NCBI GenBank assembly: GCA_905178155.1
Contig: CAJINV010000023.1
Location: forward strand, 690,834 to 751,336
DNA from: Amoebophrya sp. A120
Lineage: Eukaryota; Protista; Dinoflagellata
DNA: 60,503 nucleotides
Direction: 5' to 3'
Position 1 is the first letter of the stretch, and each line of letters opens with the position of its first letter. Positions 10,423 through 22,900 of the stretch are shown in pieces. The position numbers and the translations under genes were made by a program. A model generated the notes under the pieces. It saw only the letters and a list, made by a program, of their open reading frames with translations. It searched no databases and was not told the DNA's origin.

Positions 10423-13400
10423 ATGGACGATTTCGGCGTGATCGTTCCTATCCTGAGTAAAAACATCCCCACCCCAGAGTTGTCATGCAAATCTGCATGC
10501 CAAAAAAGCTTGTCATGCGGAGCGCCATGAGAGGCATTCTCTAGTCGTGTTTTGGAATTTGTGATGCTATAATGAGCATGATATACTAGATCTGTGATGC
10601 TGCTGAACTACCTAGACAGGGTTACACTACGAGGACAAATTTGTCATGCCAAACGACCAAAGCTGGCTGATTTGTCTAGCAGATTACGCATCTTGACTCT
10701 GGTGCGGGGACGTTTTTACAAACGATAGTTCCGCCAGCAGCGTCAGGCACCGCGCCGGCATGCTCTGGCAGCACTGCGCAAGTTGGTCACGACTATGTGG
10801 ACATCCAGCTTGACTCTGACGACGAGGATCTGGACGGACGCGGCGGCGCAGATGCGAAGCGACGCGGTGGAACAAGCAGCGGCGGCCTATCAACTGTAAA
10901 AATGTCTGGGTCTGGACGATTCTGACACTTGTCATGCACGTTTTGCATGAGCCCTGATGTCTGTGATGCATGCCCTAGCATCACAGCCTTTTTGAGAGCT
11001 TCTTGATGCATATTCCGCATGACAAATGCCCTCTCCGCGTAGCAAAAAGAACATTCCTTTTGGTACTCATGCAATGCAGATTCTTGTGGAATCCAAATGC
11101 AGCATCACAAGTTGCATTTTTCCAGACCCAGACATTTTTACATTTCATACGGCCTCAGGCGTGCTGACAGTCAAGGTTGTAGCGCGACGAAATCACACCC
11201 CCGGGACGACGGGGACTCTCTCGACGTCGAAGCCAGAAAGTCTTCCACGTGGTGTCCTCCGACAAACGCGCTCCCTTTGATGACCCCTCGCGCCCTCCGG
11301 TTGGTTGTGTCTTACGGCCTTTGCCTGGCCTTGTGCCTCCTCGTTGCTGTGCGGTTCAGTGGCTGGATTTTCAACGTCTTCATCTTTGACTACGCAGCTC
11401 CGGGCGCCTATTTTTGGCGGGCCGCACAAGTTGACGGAAGTTTGCGAGGGGCGGCGGGTGCAGCAGGAGCAGGAGCCGACCGCCCATTAGAGAATATCGA
11501 GCCTCCGGAAGGCCGACGAATCATATTACAATTAAAAATGCCCTCACCCTGGAATTTGAAAATAAAGTTTCTCATGCAAAGTTTCCAAATGAAAGCTTTT
11601 TGTCTTGCATGAAAGGACTACGAGCCTTTCTGATATGCAGAACCTAGACTGCGCAAGGTAGCTTTTGCATCACAGATCCGGCTGTTATTGGGCTCCTTTG
11701 CAACACAAATGTGAGCTATTCAGGATGGGAAATTATTTGTCGTGCTGATATAGCAAGACGGGGAATGTTTCCATTGGAATGGTTTGCAATACAAATGCTG
11801 CCAAGTGCAGGGGTGGGTGCATTTATCACTGTGATAAATCGGGTACGGGATTTTGACCGGGTGTAATCGGTTCCCGCAGATCGCAGACCAGCTTTATCGA
11901 GTGCAAATATCCCTGGATGTCTGGAAGAGTGCGCGATTTGTCATGCAGCTTTTCCATGACCCATGAGGTCTGGAATGCAGGACCTAGCATGACAGATTCT
12001 GTGCGATCTGTATGATGCCTATCCTGCATGAGAAACTCCCTCCCGACTTGGCCAAAACTAGTAGACGACTTTAGTAATCACGCAACACAGATTTTTGCAT
12101 GGTTAAGATTTTGCATGACAAGTTCCACTCTTCCAGACCCAGGCATGTTTGCAATGCATAAGCTTCGAAGTCTCGGAAAAATGGGGGTCCCGGCCGAGGA
12201 CATCCAGGTAATGCTGACGATGTGCGGGCCTTCGGCTATCTACGGCAAGACGACACAGGAAGACTGCGAGCTGTTCGCCAACAGCGCCCGGGTCGCACAA
12301 TTTTGGACAGACACGGAGCTCGCAAGCCTGGCGCAATTCCAGCACATGACGGCGTGGAGGAGCAAGATGCAACCCATCACCAAGCAGGACGCTATCCGTG
12401 GCTACTACGAGCACAAGGATCTGCGCCACTGCGGAGCTCCTGGAGGTGCTGCTGGCGGTGCAATTACTGCTAGTAGTAGTACATCAGAGGCGGGACGAGC
12501 AGGGGGTGGAGCGGCGGCGGGTATAATCCAATTAAAGCGAAAGCAGAATTCGGTCGAGCCCAAGGAGGAGATGAATAGCGGAACGCGGGCTGGTGCTGGA
12601 GGTGAGCAGATATCAAAATGAAAAATCCCCCCTTTTCCATATTGAAAAGCTATGTTTCCGAAAATTTGTGTTGCTGATTTGAGGTCACAAATCACATGTG
12701 TCTTGCAAGACGACAAAGGCAGAAGCTTCGGCCCCATCATGGAAGCGATTTGTCATGCTGTCGGACTTAAAGCGGAGCCGTTTGCCATGCTGAACAACTA
12801 GACCCATACGCCCCTGCCTAGCCTGGGGATCTGGCCGCAATGCCTTCCTGCAATACAAAGGCGATTCGTGTACACAAATCCAGCATAAGAAGTTTCGTTT
12901 TGATATGGGGAGGGGGGATTTTTCCTTGCAATAGCAGAACAAAGTTGACGATAGAAAAAGTGGCGGCGCCAACGACGCGAGCGAGGGAGCGAGCCTCCAT
13001 TCTACTTTTTTCAAATGCAAAAATGTCTGGGTCTGGAAGAATACAACTTTGTAATGCGTGTCTGGCATGACTCGGGAATCTGTGTTGCATAGGCACGAAA
13101 GAGCCCTCTTGACTGTCATGCGAAAAGGCAGTTTGCCATGCGGAATACGTAAGACATGGCAGCCACAAAATTTGTCATGCATAGCTGCGTATTGCGGCGC
13201 GTCTATCATTCACTTTTAGCACTACAAGTTTCCAGACCCAGACATTTTTGCATTTTATAACTTCCACCGCGGATCAGCGAGAAGAACTACATGCAGCCAC
13301 GGCGAGCGGACTGAGTGTCGTCTCCGAGCTACCCACGCACCCAGCGGGAGCAGACGCCTGGATTCGCGCCGAACCCCTGCCGCCGCATGGTCGAGAGTGG

Positions 13401-16400
13401 CGGAGCACCACGACGGTGGCCCCCGACGCCGGGGCGGCAGCAGCTCTGCTCCGCCTGAATAAGCAGGGGCAGGAACAAGGAGAGGACAGGAGAGCTGCAC
13501 CGGGAAAGCAGGCAGGACAGCGGCAGCAGATGATGGATCCGGTCATCTTATCCTGAGTAGAAACGGGGCCGACGACACCCCATAGTCAAGATGGGAAATT
13601 TGCTAGACAAATCTACACGCTTAGGGTGTCGCGCATGACAAGTTCGGCCTCGTACTGTAATCCTGTTTAGTACCTCGCTCAGAAGCATCACAAATCTAGC
13701 CTACAATGCTGATTGGAGCATTACAATAATTCCAAAACACTACTAGAAAATGCCTGTCATGGGGCTGCTCCGCATGAGAAACATTTTGGGCATGCGTTTT
13801 TGCATGACAACTCTGGGGTGGGGTTGGGCACGTTTATTTTACTCAGGATACATCTCTGTGGCGACGCGGCTCGCGACGCAGGGCGATGTCGTCTTGCCGT
13901 CCAGCTACGGTGCTGGAGACCACGGTGCCGCTGGCACAGGAATTACGTCCTCTTCTACCGCTATGGCAGCGGCAAAGACTTTTTTCAAAAAAACTTTCTT
14001 TTTTCGCCACATATGATTTTACGGCACTTCAAAGGCATACAAGCGGGCAAGCGCAGAATAGATCTGCATAGGCGTAGAGATTCCGCTTGGTACTTGGCTA
14101 GCTACCCGAAAGCCAGGAGAAAAGTGGCCTCAGGAGCAGCCGCGGCCATGGATTCAGTCCTTGGCGCTGTGGCCTCGTGGTACATAACACGCAAGGCCTC
14201 GGCCACGACTTTGGTGTATGGGCAGGGCCTTCGGGATAAGTCAGCGACATTCTGACGGGTTCGCCTAGAAGCGGCGGTCTGAAACGCGCACCGCCTCGAG
14301 ACATGTCCCGTCCTGGCTTTGGAAGTGCCCCAAGAGGCAAATACAGAGCACGCGGACACCTTCGGCGCCCTTGAATTTATTCCCCGCCAGGCTGTGCAAG
14401 TCTCCGTCTTGGCCGAATTCGCGCGGTCACTGTTCAAGACATATTTTATCAAAATCTGCGAACTTGCGCAAACGAAAAGCGGGGTCGGGCCCCCCCTTGA
14501 GGGGGGGGGGTTTGGGGGACCCCCTTTCGTGGAGATACCTATGGGGAGTAACTCTCTTAAAAGGCCCCAAAGGAGGGGGGGTTTGGAGGACCCCTCGGGG
14601 GCACCCCAAGAGGATTTCGGCTTTCAGCCCAGGAGGGAGCTCTGCTGGCCTCCGTGCAAAACAGCCGGGGCGAAGAAACGCCCCCGGAGATCCAGGGCCG
14701 GAAGAGCGCCGCGGCCGCGGCATCAATGTCATCGGCAATGCGGCGCATGGCTTTGAATTGTTCAAAAGCTACGCGCGGGCGTCTGTTTCGCCTGTTAGGG
14801 CGTGGGCCTTTTGTTGGCTCCAGCCGACAGCGCCTCCGGCTTTGGGCTGGCCGCGTATCGCTGTCATTAAACCGGCAGCACTGCAGGGGCTGGCTGTTCG
14901 ACATCTGCGCCGGCCATGACGGACCCACAGCCGTGGCGCCGTGCGCCACCAATGCGGCCATCTTCCTGCCTCCAGGCTACCGAGCTCAGAAGACCTTGGC
15001 AGAAGCTGTCGCCACGCAATCGATTTTCGCCTCCAGCAAGCTATCTGCTAACCGCGACGGGCGATCCTTATGTCGCAAAAAAAAAAAGTTTTTTGGAAAA
15101 AAGCGCCGCTGGCACAGGAATTACGTCCTCTTCTACCGCGCGGACTACAGGACTAGCACACATCAAAGATCAGGAGCAGGATAATACCGGCTTTTCGATA
15201 ATTCGCGCGATGCCGAACCTGGACCACAAGTCGGCTTTTCCTGTCTTCAACCAGCGGTTTTGGAACGGCATATCGTGGTGGAAAAAAAGGGTTACAGTTA
15301 CACACATAGTCTATGCAAGGCCGGCAACACAGACAGCCTTTGTCATGCAGGACATGCTTGGGAGCCTCGTTTCCTTCCTGTTTTCCCTTAATATGATCTT
15401 CGCATCACAAGTTTTCTCTGCCACACAGAAAAAATTTGTGATGCAGAAACTCCAACAAATGTGTAACTGTAACATTTTTTTCTCGTGATATGGCAAGGAA
15501 AACGGGTACTACGCGGTGCTGCAGGACGCTCCCAATACTCACCCGGCCATTATCAAAAGGAAACATCCCCACTCCCCATCATGACCAGGTACGTTTTCGA
15601 AAATTTGTGTTGCTGATTTGTGACCGCGTATCGTCTCCGTATTGCATGAAGGCAACTCCACAGGCGCCGCCGCATTCTACAAGCGGGCTGTCATGCTCAT
15701 ACTCCTACAGCGTAGACGTCTGCCATGCTAAGAACCTAGGCCAAAACCTGTCTTCTCAGGCTTGATATGGGCCTTGTGTCCTCGCCAGCAAGACAGCACT
15801 AATTTGTGCGCGCAAATTCGGCAACAGAAGTCTCCGCTTCAATATGGGGAGGGGGGATTTTTCATTCTGATAGCCATGTGGGGCCACCCAGACATCCCCC
15901 CGGCAGTGACTCCGTTTCAGCAGCAGCACTTTCGCGTGACCAATTTCTTCATGTGGATGTTTGGGATTTTGTTTAGCCAATACGAGTACGCGGCCGTGCT
16001 AGAGGACGATTTGGGGCTTTCGCAGTACCTGCACCAATTCTTCTTGCTTAGCTCTTCGGTGATGGACCTGGATGACACGTTGGCGGGGGCCAGCGCCTGG
16101 CACGATAATCAGGTCGAGAAGGCCCCCACTCTCGACATTCTCCGCCAGAATCACTTCGGCGGACTGGGTTGGATGACAAGTCGGTCCGTTTTTCTCGGGT
16201 ACATGATGCCCTGGATGCGGCCAGACCGCGGACACCTCGGGTGGGACACCATTTTATCCTTTGACACGGACAAGATGATGGTTTCGCCGCGGCCGACGAA
16301 CAAAATCGGACAGGAGGGAGGTGCACCACAGCAAATGTTGAGGTCCGCTTCGCTACTGGGTGCAAGGACATCAACTGAAGCGGAGCAAGGAGAAGAAAAC

Positions 16401-18880
16401 TTTCGCGGCGCGCACGGAGTGAATAGCAAGGGTGGGATATGCAAGAAAAAAACTGTGTAAGTGTAATGACTCTGTAATGCAGAACATGCAAGAGAGTTTA
16501 CACCTGTCATGCCGGACAACCATGAAGTCCTCTTTCCATGTGTGCTTTCCCTTACAAGCCACGCATGACAGGTTTTCCACCCTGTCATGGCAGACAAACT
16601 TGTGATGCTGCTTTCCCAAAAAAGACTTACTACAATAACATAGTTTTTTTCTTGCATATGGGATTTTGGTTAAGGCGAGCAGCCAAGGCAGTGCAGCGAG
16701 CAGCCGAACCGCAGCACTGTACTTCGATATCGAGAGGAAAAATCCCCCCTCCCCATTTCAAAAGGAAACTTCTGAAGATGCTAGATTTGTGTACACAAAT
16801 CAGATTTGTCTTGCAGTAGGGGACTGCAGGCCGATATCATGCCAGTGCGCAGAGGTTTTGGCCTAGGCACTTAGCATGGGGAACGCCTATGCTGTAGGAC
16901 CAACAGCATTACAAACCGCCTGCATAATGGGGCGGAGCGGATGCCGTTGCTTTCTTGCAAGACAGACACGATTTGTGGTCACAAATCAGCATCGCAAATT
17001 TTTGGAGGCGTTCCTTTTCGATATGGGGAGGGGGGATTTTTCCCTACGATATTCGAAGACTTGGCTTTCGACGCGTTTGTCCCGAAGTCAAGCACGTACC
17101 GATTCTTCTCCGCCGACGAGCAGTCCGGGGGACCTTCGCACAAGGAACGGCTCTGCTTTCTATATCCGTCTGTGGCATTGACCAGGCATTTGAGCACCAA
17201 CACCCACATTTCCGGCACAAAAGCCGAGTATAAACGGTTGGAGTCTCTAGGATTCTGGCCGGATTTATCGCGAGAAAAAAGTGTTACAGTCACACACTTG
17301 TTGGAGTTTCTGCATCACAAATTTTCTCTGTGTGGGAGAGAAAACTTGTAATGCAAAGATCATAAGGGAAAATTCATAGGAAACGAGGTTCGCAAGCATT
17401 TTCTGCATGACAAAGGTTGTCTGTCTTGCGGCTCCTGCAACATAATGTCTAACCAGCCACCCCCCGGCGAAGGCCGCCGGGGAGGGGGCTGCTCGGTGGA
17501 GGTGTTCCGGTGGGGAAGGTGGCGCCAGCAATGAATCGCTGCGCGCCGCTACACAACCAAAGTAATGAAAAAAGCCCGGCCAATGTTTCGGCATGGGCGG
17601 GCACCATGCCCGGCCTTTGTAGCTGCGCGCCGTTGGGAAATGCACACAGGAAACTACTTCCGGGCGCCAACGTTGAAGAAGCCACAAGGGCGACGCACCT
17701 GCTGCCAGCGCGCGCGCGCGCGGTGGGAAAGAAGTTGCGGCCACCCTAGGTGGCCGACCAGGTTAATACGGGGCGCCGCGCCCCCTCTGGGGGACGCAGA
17801 GCGGCGCACGCACTTTGAACGGCCGCTCTGATCTGAAAGCGAAAACAATGCCAGCCGGCCGCTGCGCCCTAACGAGCTTCTATAGGGGGCGCCGCGCGCA
17901 GACAAGAGGGCAGGCTGTGCTCCTGGAGGTGGTCCGCGAGAGGGTCCCGGAGAGGGTCCGGGAGAGGGTCCGGGAGAGGTTCAGAGAGGGTCGGAGAGGG
18001 TCCCGGAGAGGGTCCGGGAGAGGGTCGGAGAGGTCCCGAGAGGGTCCGGCGAGAGGTAAAGTAGAGGTTTCCGGAGAGGTTTGAGGTAGAGGGTCGCCTA
18101 GAGGGTCGCCCTATACTACGCACCCTCTCCGACCCTCTACACCCTCTTCCCCTACCCTCTATTTTACCTCTGTCCAACCTCTACCCACCCTCTGCGCGCG
18201 TATAGCCGCGCTTTAAGGCCGTGCATACTACGCACCCTCTCCCTTACCTCTACTTTTCCTCTCGTTTTACCTCTCCCCGACCCTCTTATTTTGCCCGACC
18301 CTCTATCTTACCTCTCCGACCCTCTATTTTACCTCTCCCGAACCTCTCCCCAACCTCTACCCTACCCTCTCCGGCCCCAAAGTTTGCCTTATATAATATA
18401 TATAATTGTGACACTTTTTCCTTGCGATAAGATTCCATCCAGCCACAATGGCCAAATGCAGCTACCTTGTTGGCTTGGAACTACGAGCGCCACGTGTTGG
18501 AGAAGGCGCTTCTAGGACTTCAGCACGTGGTCTCCTCTTCGGGGAAGCTACCTGCAGTTCCGGAGGGGGTTCCCGGAATAGAATTCCAACGCGGCGCACA
18601 GCGGCCGCCGACCACGCAGCTCGGAGGCGGGGGCTTCACTTTGCAAGAACGCCGCCAGACCATTGCGGCGAATGCGAAGGTGCACTGCCTGGCTAACTGT
18701 CTGGACGATACGGATGCGGAAGGGTGGAACTACATGCGGGAGCGGTTCCACATGATCGGAGTTGGATGGGGGGGCACTCCGAGGCAATCGTACAAGGGAA
18801 CCGTAATGGTTTACCAACACCCCCATCGGCACTTCGTGGTTGCGGAATATTCTCCCTATTACAAGCTGCTTTGCACTTAA
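10423..18880 (+). CDS. GT13-family (GnT-I/MGAT1/POMGNT1-like) glycosyltransferase, type II membrane; 13 non-canonical introns
   Basis: Exons 10423-10448,10733-10887,11155-11523,11842-11894,12166-12610,12939-13008,13265-13548,13856-13961,15140-15270,15496-15550,15878-16437,16664-16727,17057-17265,18435-18880 = 2973 nt open. TM LVVSYGLCLALCLLVAV; AAVLEDDL, D.DDTLAGASAWHDN, RQNHFGGLGWM, GWD, PRQSYKG. Start codon is inferred. Confidence 0.8.
10449..10727. mobile_element. Introner family C
   Basis: DR GTTCC/GTTCC; frame restored. Confidence 0.9.
10888..11149. mobile_element. Introner family B
   Basis: DR CGGCC/CGGCC; frame restored. Confidence 0.9.
11524..11836. mobile_element. Introner family F (TIR TATTACAATGAAAAATGCCCCCACCCCTG)
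   Basis: DR AATCA/AATCG; frame restored. Confidence 0.85.
11895..12160. mobile_element. Introner family B
   Basis: DR AGCTT/AGCTT; frame restored. Confidence 0.9.
12611..12933. mobile_element. Introner family A
   Basis: DR GCAGA/GCAGA; frame restored. Confidence 0.9.
13009..13259. mobile_element. Introner family B
   Basis: TTT..ATA, DR ACTTT/ACTTC; frame restored. Confidence 0.85.
13549..13850. mobile_element. Introner family C
   Basis: DR CATCT/CATCT; frame restored. Confidence 0.9.
13962..15116. mobile_element. Large foldback introner-like element (family K) with 35-bp exon duplication
   Basis: Starts TATGGCAGCGGC; subterminal IR CTTTTTTCAAAAAAACTTT..CCACATA / TATGTCGCAAAA..GTTTTTTGGAAAAAAG; exon 35-mer at 13927-13961 repeated at 15105-15139. 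Confidence 0.75.
15271..15490. mobile_element. Introner family E (TIR core AAAAAAGTGTTACAGTTACAC)
   Basis: DR CGGCA/TGGCA; frame restored. Confidence 0.85.
15551..15872. mobile_element. Introner family A
   Basis: DR GCCAT/GCCAT; frame restored. Confidence 0.9.
16438..16658. mobile_element. Introner family H (TIR TATGCAAGAAAAAAACT)
   Basis: DR TGGGA/TGGGA; frame restored. Confidence 0.9.
16728..17051. mobile_element. Introner family A
   Basis: DR TTCGA/TTCGA; frame restored. Confidence 0.9.
17266..18429. mobile_element. Introner family E carrying a nested insert of about 950 bp
   Basis: E body (cf. 37500-37710) breaks at 17448 and resumes at about 18403; DR GGATT/AGATT; frame restored. Confidence 0.85.
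17449..18402 (-). mobile_element. Helitron-like non-autonomous element nested in introner
   Basis: Minus strand starts TATATATTATATAAGG and ends with hairpin CCCCGGCGGCCTTCGCCGGGG about 13 nt before ..GTTAG; no TSD; internal AGAGGG / CCCTCT repeat foldback 17930-18375. Confidence 0.4.
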
Positions 18881-19519
18881 ACAAACTTCTACACAAAAAA
18901 CACATCACTGGAGAGGACTCTCATCTACACAGAAATGATAAATTCAAAGCTTCATGTTATGATTCGATCATTTCATCTTAGTCGAGTTACGAATAAAAGC
19001 AAATAAACTAAAGACGTAAACGTATTTATTTTCCTTATTTTTGCCGCAAAGAGCAGCTCGGTGTTGTTCTAAAAGAAATTCTGGCTAAATATCAAAGTAC
19101 GGAGCGTATGCATCGCATCACAATTTATTTTCCAACTTGATCATTTGATTACCACGACCCGGACACGCATACATTACCACAGAGCAAACGAGAAAATTCC
19201 CACCGAGTCACATCAACACTGTTTTGCGTTTTTTCTTCTTTTTCGACTCTGTGATAGTGTTGGAGCAAGCGAGAGCATTCGGAGCGGTTCGATTTTTGAC
19301 AGTCGCCTACCGCGAGCTTCTATAAGCGCGACAATTCCAGCTAGGTCCTGGGAAAGTTTGTTTTTTCATTCAACGAAACTCCTCCGCAACAAATCTGCTA
19401 TGCACAGTTGACAGATAACGCGTCAGAAAACAGGATGCGTGCACCAAAAAAGTGTTTTTTTTTTAAAAAAATAGAAAAAAGTAAATTCGCAGACATGATG
19501 TAAGTATCAAAGTAAATTC

Positions 19520-19633
19520 GTAGTGTGTTTTCCGTTACAAGCCACGCATGACAGGTTCTCTGTATCATGTAGAGCAAATCTGTGATGCTGTCAGCCCAAG
19601 GAAGTTACACTAACACAGTTTTTTCCTTGGATA
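19520..19633. mobile_element. Truncated family H element (right half)
   Basis: TTACAAGCCACGCATGACAGGTT..TTTTTTCCTTGGATA similar to 16550-16658. Confidence 0.65.
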
Positions 19634-19924
19634 ACTGAAGTCTTTTCTTTTCAATCCAGTCAATGGATCGATATTTTCATCTCGCGATCTACTTTTGAAC
19701 GAACTGTGGTAAGTGATCCGAATACAACTTGTTGGCTCTTGTGTTTTATTTTTTACAAGTGATGTTTGCTATTGACACTTGTAGTAGTGCCAAAAAAATT
19801 ATCGAGTATCGAGCATTTAATATTTTTTGGCTTTGTACTTGTATCGAGGTTGACCACTATGACTTGTTCTCATTTATTTTTCCCGCAATTATGCATTTTT
19901 AAATTCGGCTCGCTGTTTTTGAAT

Positions 19925-22900
19925 ATGACCCGAACTGCCAGCAGGAGATCTTGCCATCTTCTCGGTGGTGTGCGGCGGCGATCTTGTTATCAACTACACC
20001 TCGTCTGCCTCATTATGCTCGCATCCGTTTTTATATCCTGATTGAAAACGTCCCCACACCAGAGTCAAGATGGGGACTTTGCAACACAAACCTAGGAGTT
20101 TTGGGAGTCACGCATGACAAGTTTTAGTCGGTAAGGTAGTGCAAGTTAGCAAGGAAAGCCGCACCACAAATCGATCTACTGATCCTGTTTACAGCATTAC
20201 AAGTTCCCAAACACGATTGAAAATCCCTGTCATGGGGTTGCGCATCACAAATGTTCCTGTCATGGCAAATCTGCATGACAACTCTCGGGTTGGGGACGTT
20301 TTTACACAGGATATTTTACCACGCGAGTTCTTGTCACGACCAGGGTGCTTATTATTTGCAAAAACGTCCCCACCTCAGAATTGTCATGCAAAGTGGCATG
20401 CCTAAAATGTTTCTCATGCGCAGGTAAGGCACAAATGGTCCAGCCTCCCCTGTCCGGGCGGGGTTGCGGGTTAGGGGAGAGTCTCGCCCCTTAACCCAAA
20501 GGGGTACGCCGTCTCTTCCGTGAGAACAAAAACGTATGGCGTAAAATGGGTCGGGTCCTGGATCGTTCTGTATGTTCGGCTGTCGCGCTCGGCTAGGTGG
20601 CCGGGCTATACTGATCAGGTGTGGTGGGTAGCTCCCGACTGGTTGGCACTTTTCTTGGGGCGACTTGCCGTGGTAGCGCTCGGCTTTTGTATGATGAGGT
20701 TGCCGAAAGTGCTTCCTCGCCCACCCCCCGGGGAGGGGATCCTTGACCTGTGGCGCTGGGAGCGGGTGTCCACTACATGATGATGATGATGATGATGATG
20801 ATGCGCAGCCACATGAAACTTCCAGATAGCATTAAATGGTGCTATCTGGAAGTATAATGTGATGGTGGAATCACGATGAGGTAGTCGATTTGTGATGCGT
20901 CTTCAAAACTACCTCAAACAGCACTACACTACGAGTCCAAATTTGTCAAACGAAACAGCCAAAGCCTCCAGGTTTGTGTTGCAAAATCCCCAGCTTGACT
21001 CTGGGGTGGGGACGTTTTTCCTCCGTATATTGCTGGCGTCATCGCTACCACGCGCCGCCGACCCTAGGAACAGCTGCCTCGACCTGTTATGGATTGCAAA
21101 TATACCTGGATGTCTGGAAACTTGTAATGCCGAATGGTCATGATTGACTGTCACTGTGCCTGTAAGTGCAGTGCAGCATGACAAATGTTCTTTCGAACGC
21201 TTTCTCATGCGCGGAACGCATTACATACTGCGTTTTTGCATGACGAAAGTTGTGTGGTGCTTTATTTGTTGCTTATGCAATACAGATTTTTCAGAAATGA
21301 GAAACATGCAAAAATAGGCCCAGATCGATATTTGCATTTGATACCTGTCGGACATGTGCGACGAACGCGTCGCACTTTCGAAGCGGTGCCAACTTCAGCC
21401 AGACACCTCGAGGAGGTCGACCACAGGAGCCGTTGAAGCGCAGCGTGGAATTGCGCTTGCTACAACAATATGGATTGCAAAAATGTCTGGCTCTGGAAAG
21501 TTGGAACTTCTGATGCTAACTTTGGACTCTAAAAAAATCTGTATTGCATGATCAGCATGGAAAAGCCTAGTTTGTGCGACGCGGGGAGGGCATTTGTCAT
21601 GCGGAATAGGCATCAGGAAGGGTTCTGAAAATCTGTGACGGTAGGGCATACATCACAAACAATCCTGGGTCATGCAAGATATGCATGACAAACCCGGCAA
21701 CATTCCAGACCCAGACACTTTTGCATTTGATAAAGACCGACCGGGAAAAAGTCTTTGCAGGACCACGACCTACCACAGCAAGACTTGTATCCCGTGTGCC
21801 CCTCTCCCCGAGCGACGAAACAAGGGACGAGCCGGGAGATGACGAAAAAGAAGCCTGCCGGTGCAGCTCCAAGTGAAGATGGCGGCGCAGTCGGTGCAAG
21901 AGGCGGCATACAGGAAGACGCTTCTGCGCGAAAGCTTTCTTTAGCTGATTTAGAGGCCGGGGCGCTGTTGAAGGAAGATGAAAGCCAAACCTCAGCGAGC
22001 AGTAAAAATCGGCGAGAGAAAATGAAGACGCCTGTGCTGTACATCAACCTTGACCGCGATCTTCAGCGCGGGCAGAGGATGAACCAGACGCTCGGCAAGC
22101 TATTTGATTATGTTGAGCGTGTGCCCGCACTCACGCTGACGTACTTGCGGCAGCAACTCGTGAAAATGGACGACGCGGAAAAGTTTGCCGATATTCTAGC
22201 CGATTTTAATGACCGACTCAACTATGGCGTCGATCCAGCCAGGGCGCGAGCGGACCCGGGACGCAACGCGCGGGAGGGGGTTTCGCAGCCGCACCAGCGG
22301 TATGTGGGCGCTGCGTTCGCGGCTAGCTTGCTGAAGATCCTGGACGATTCGGAAGACTTGCCGCGGCAAAAAGAAAGTCTGCGTAGTTTCGCCGTGATAG
22401 CGAGCCATCTGAAGGCCCTTCGCCGCGCGCGCGAGCTCTTCTCAAGCGGCGTTCCAGGAGGCCGGGGGGATATACAAGCCGCTTTGATACTAGAAGACGA
22501 CGTGAGTTTCGGGCTTTTGCCCTTCTGGGAGCAAGATCTAGACCAGTTTGTGGCCTCCCTACCGCCCGACTGGGGCGTCGTTCAAGTGGGCCTAACGCTT
22601 GTAAAGGATAACTACAAGACCGACGATCCGGACCCCGCTGTCCCCGTGTTTCCGGACACGGTTGGCAGACAGGTACGCGGTGGAGAGCGAGATGGGGACG
22701 CTGTTCTACAACTTGACGGCGCGGCGGTACAACTAAAGCCTCAACGGCAGGGAGGGCGGCCGAGCCAGGAGCTGCAGCCCGACCTCAATATGCGTGCAGG
22801 GGGAGGGGGACCACCAGCACCACACCCGAAAAAGAAGTACATGCGGAAAACAAGATATTGGGGGGCCTTCGCGTACTTGGTCAGCAGGACCGGCGTGGAT

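Noticed and set aside
20615-20812. Poly-His ORF
   Set aside because: Antisense reading of the (ATG)n retroposon tail
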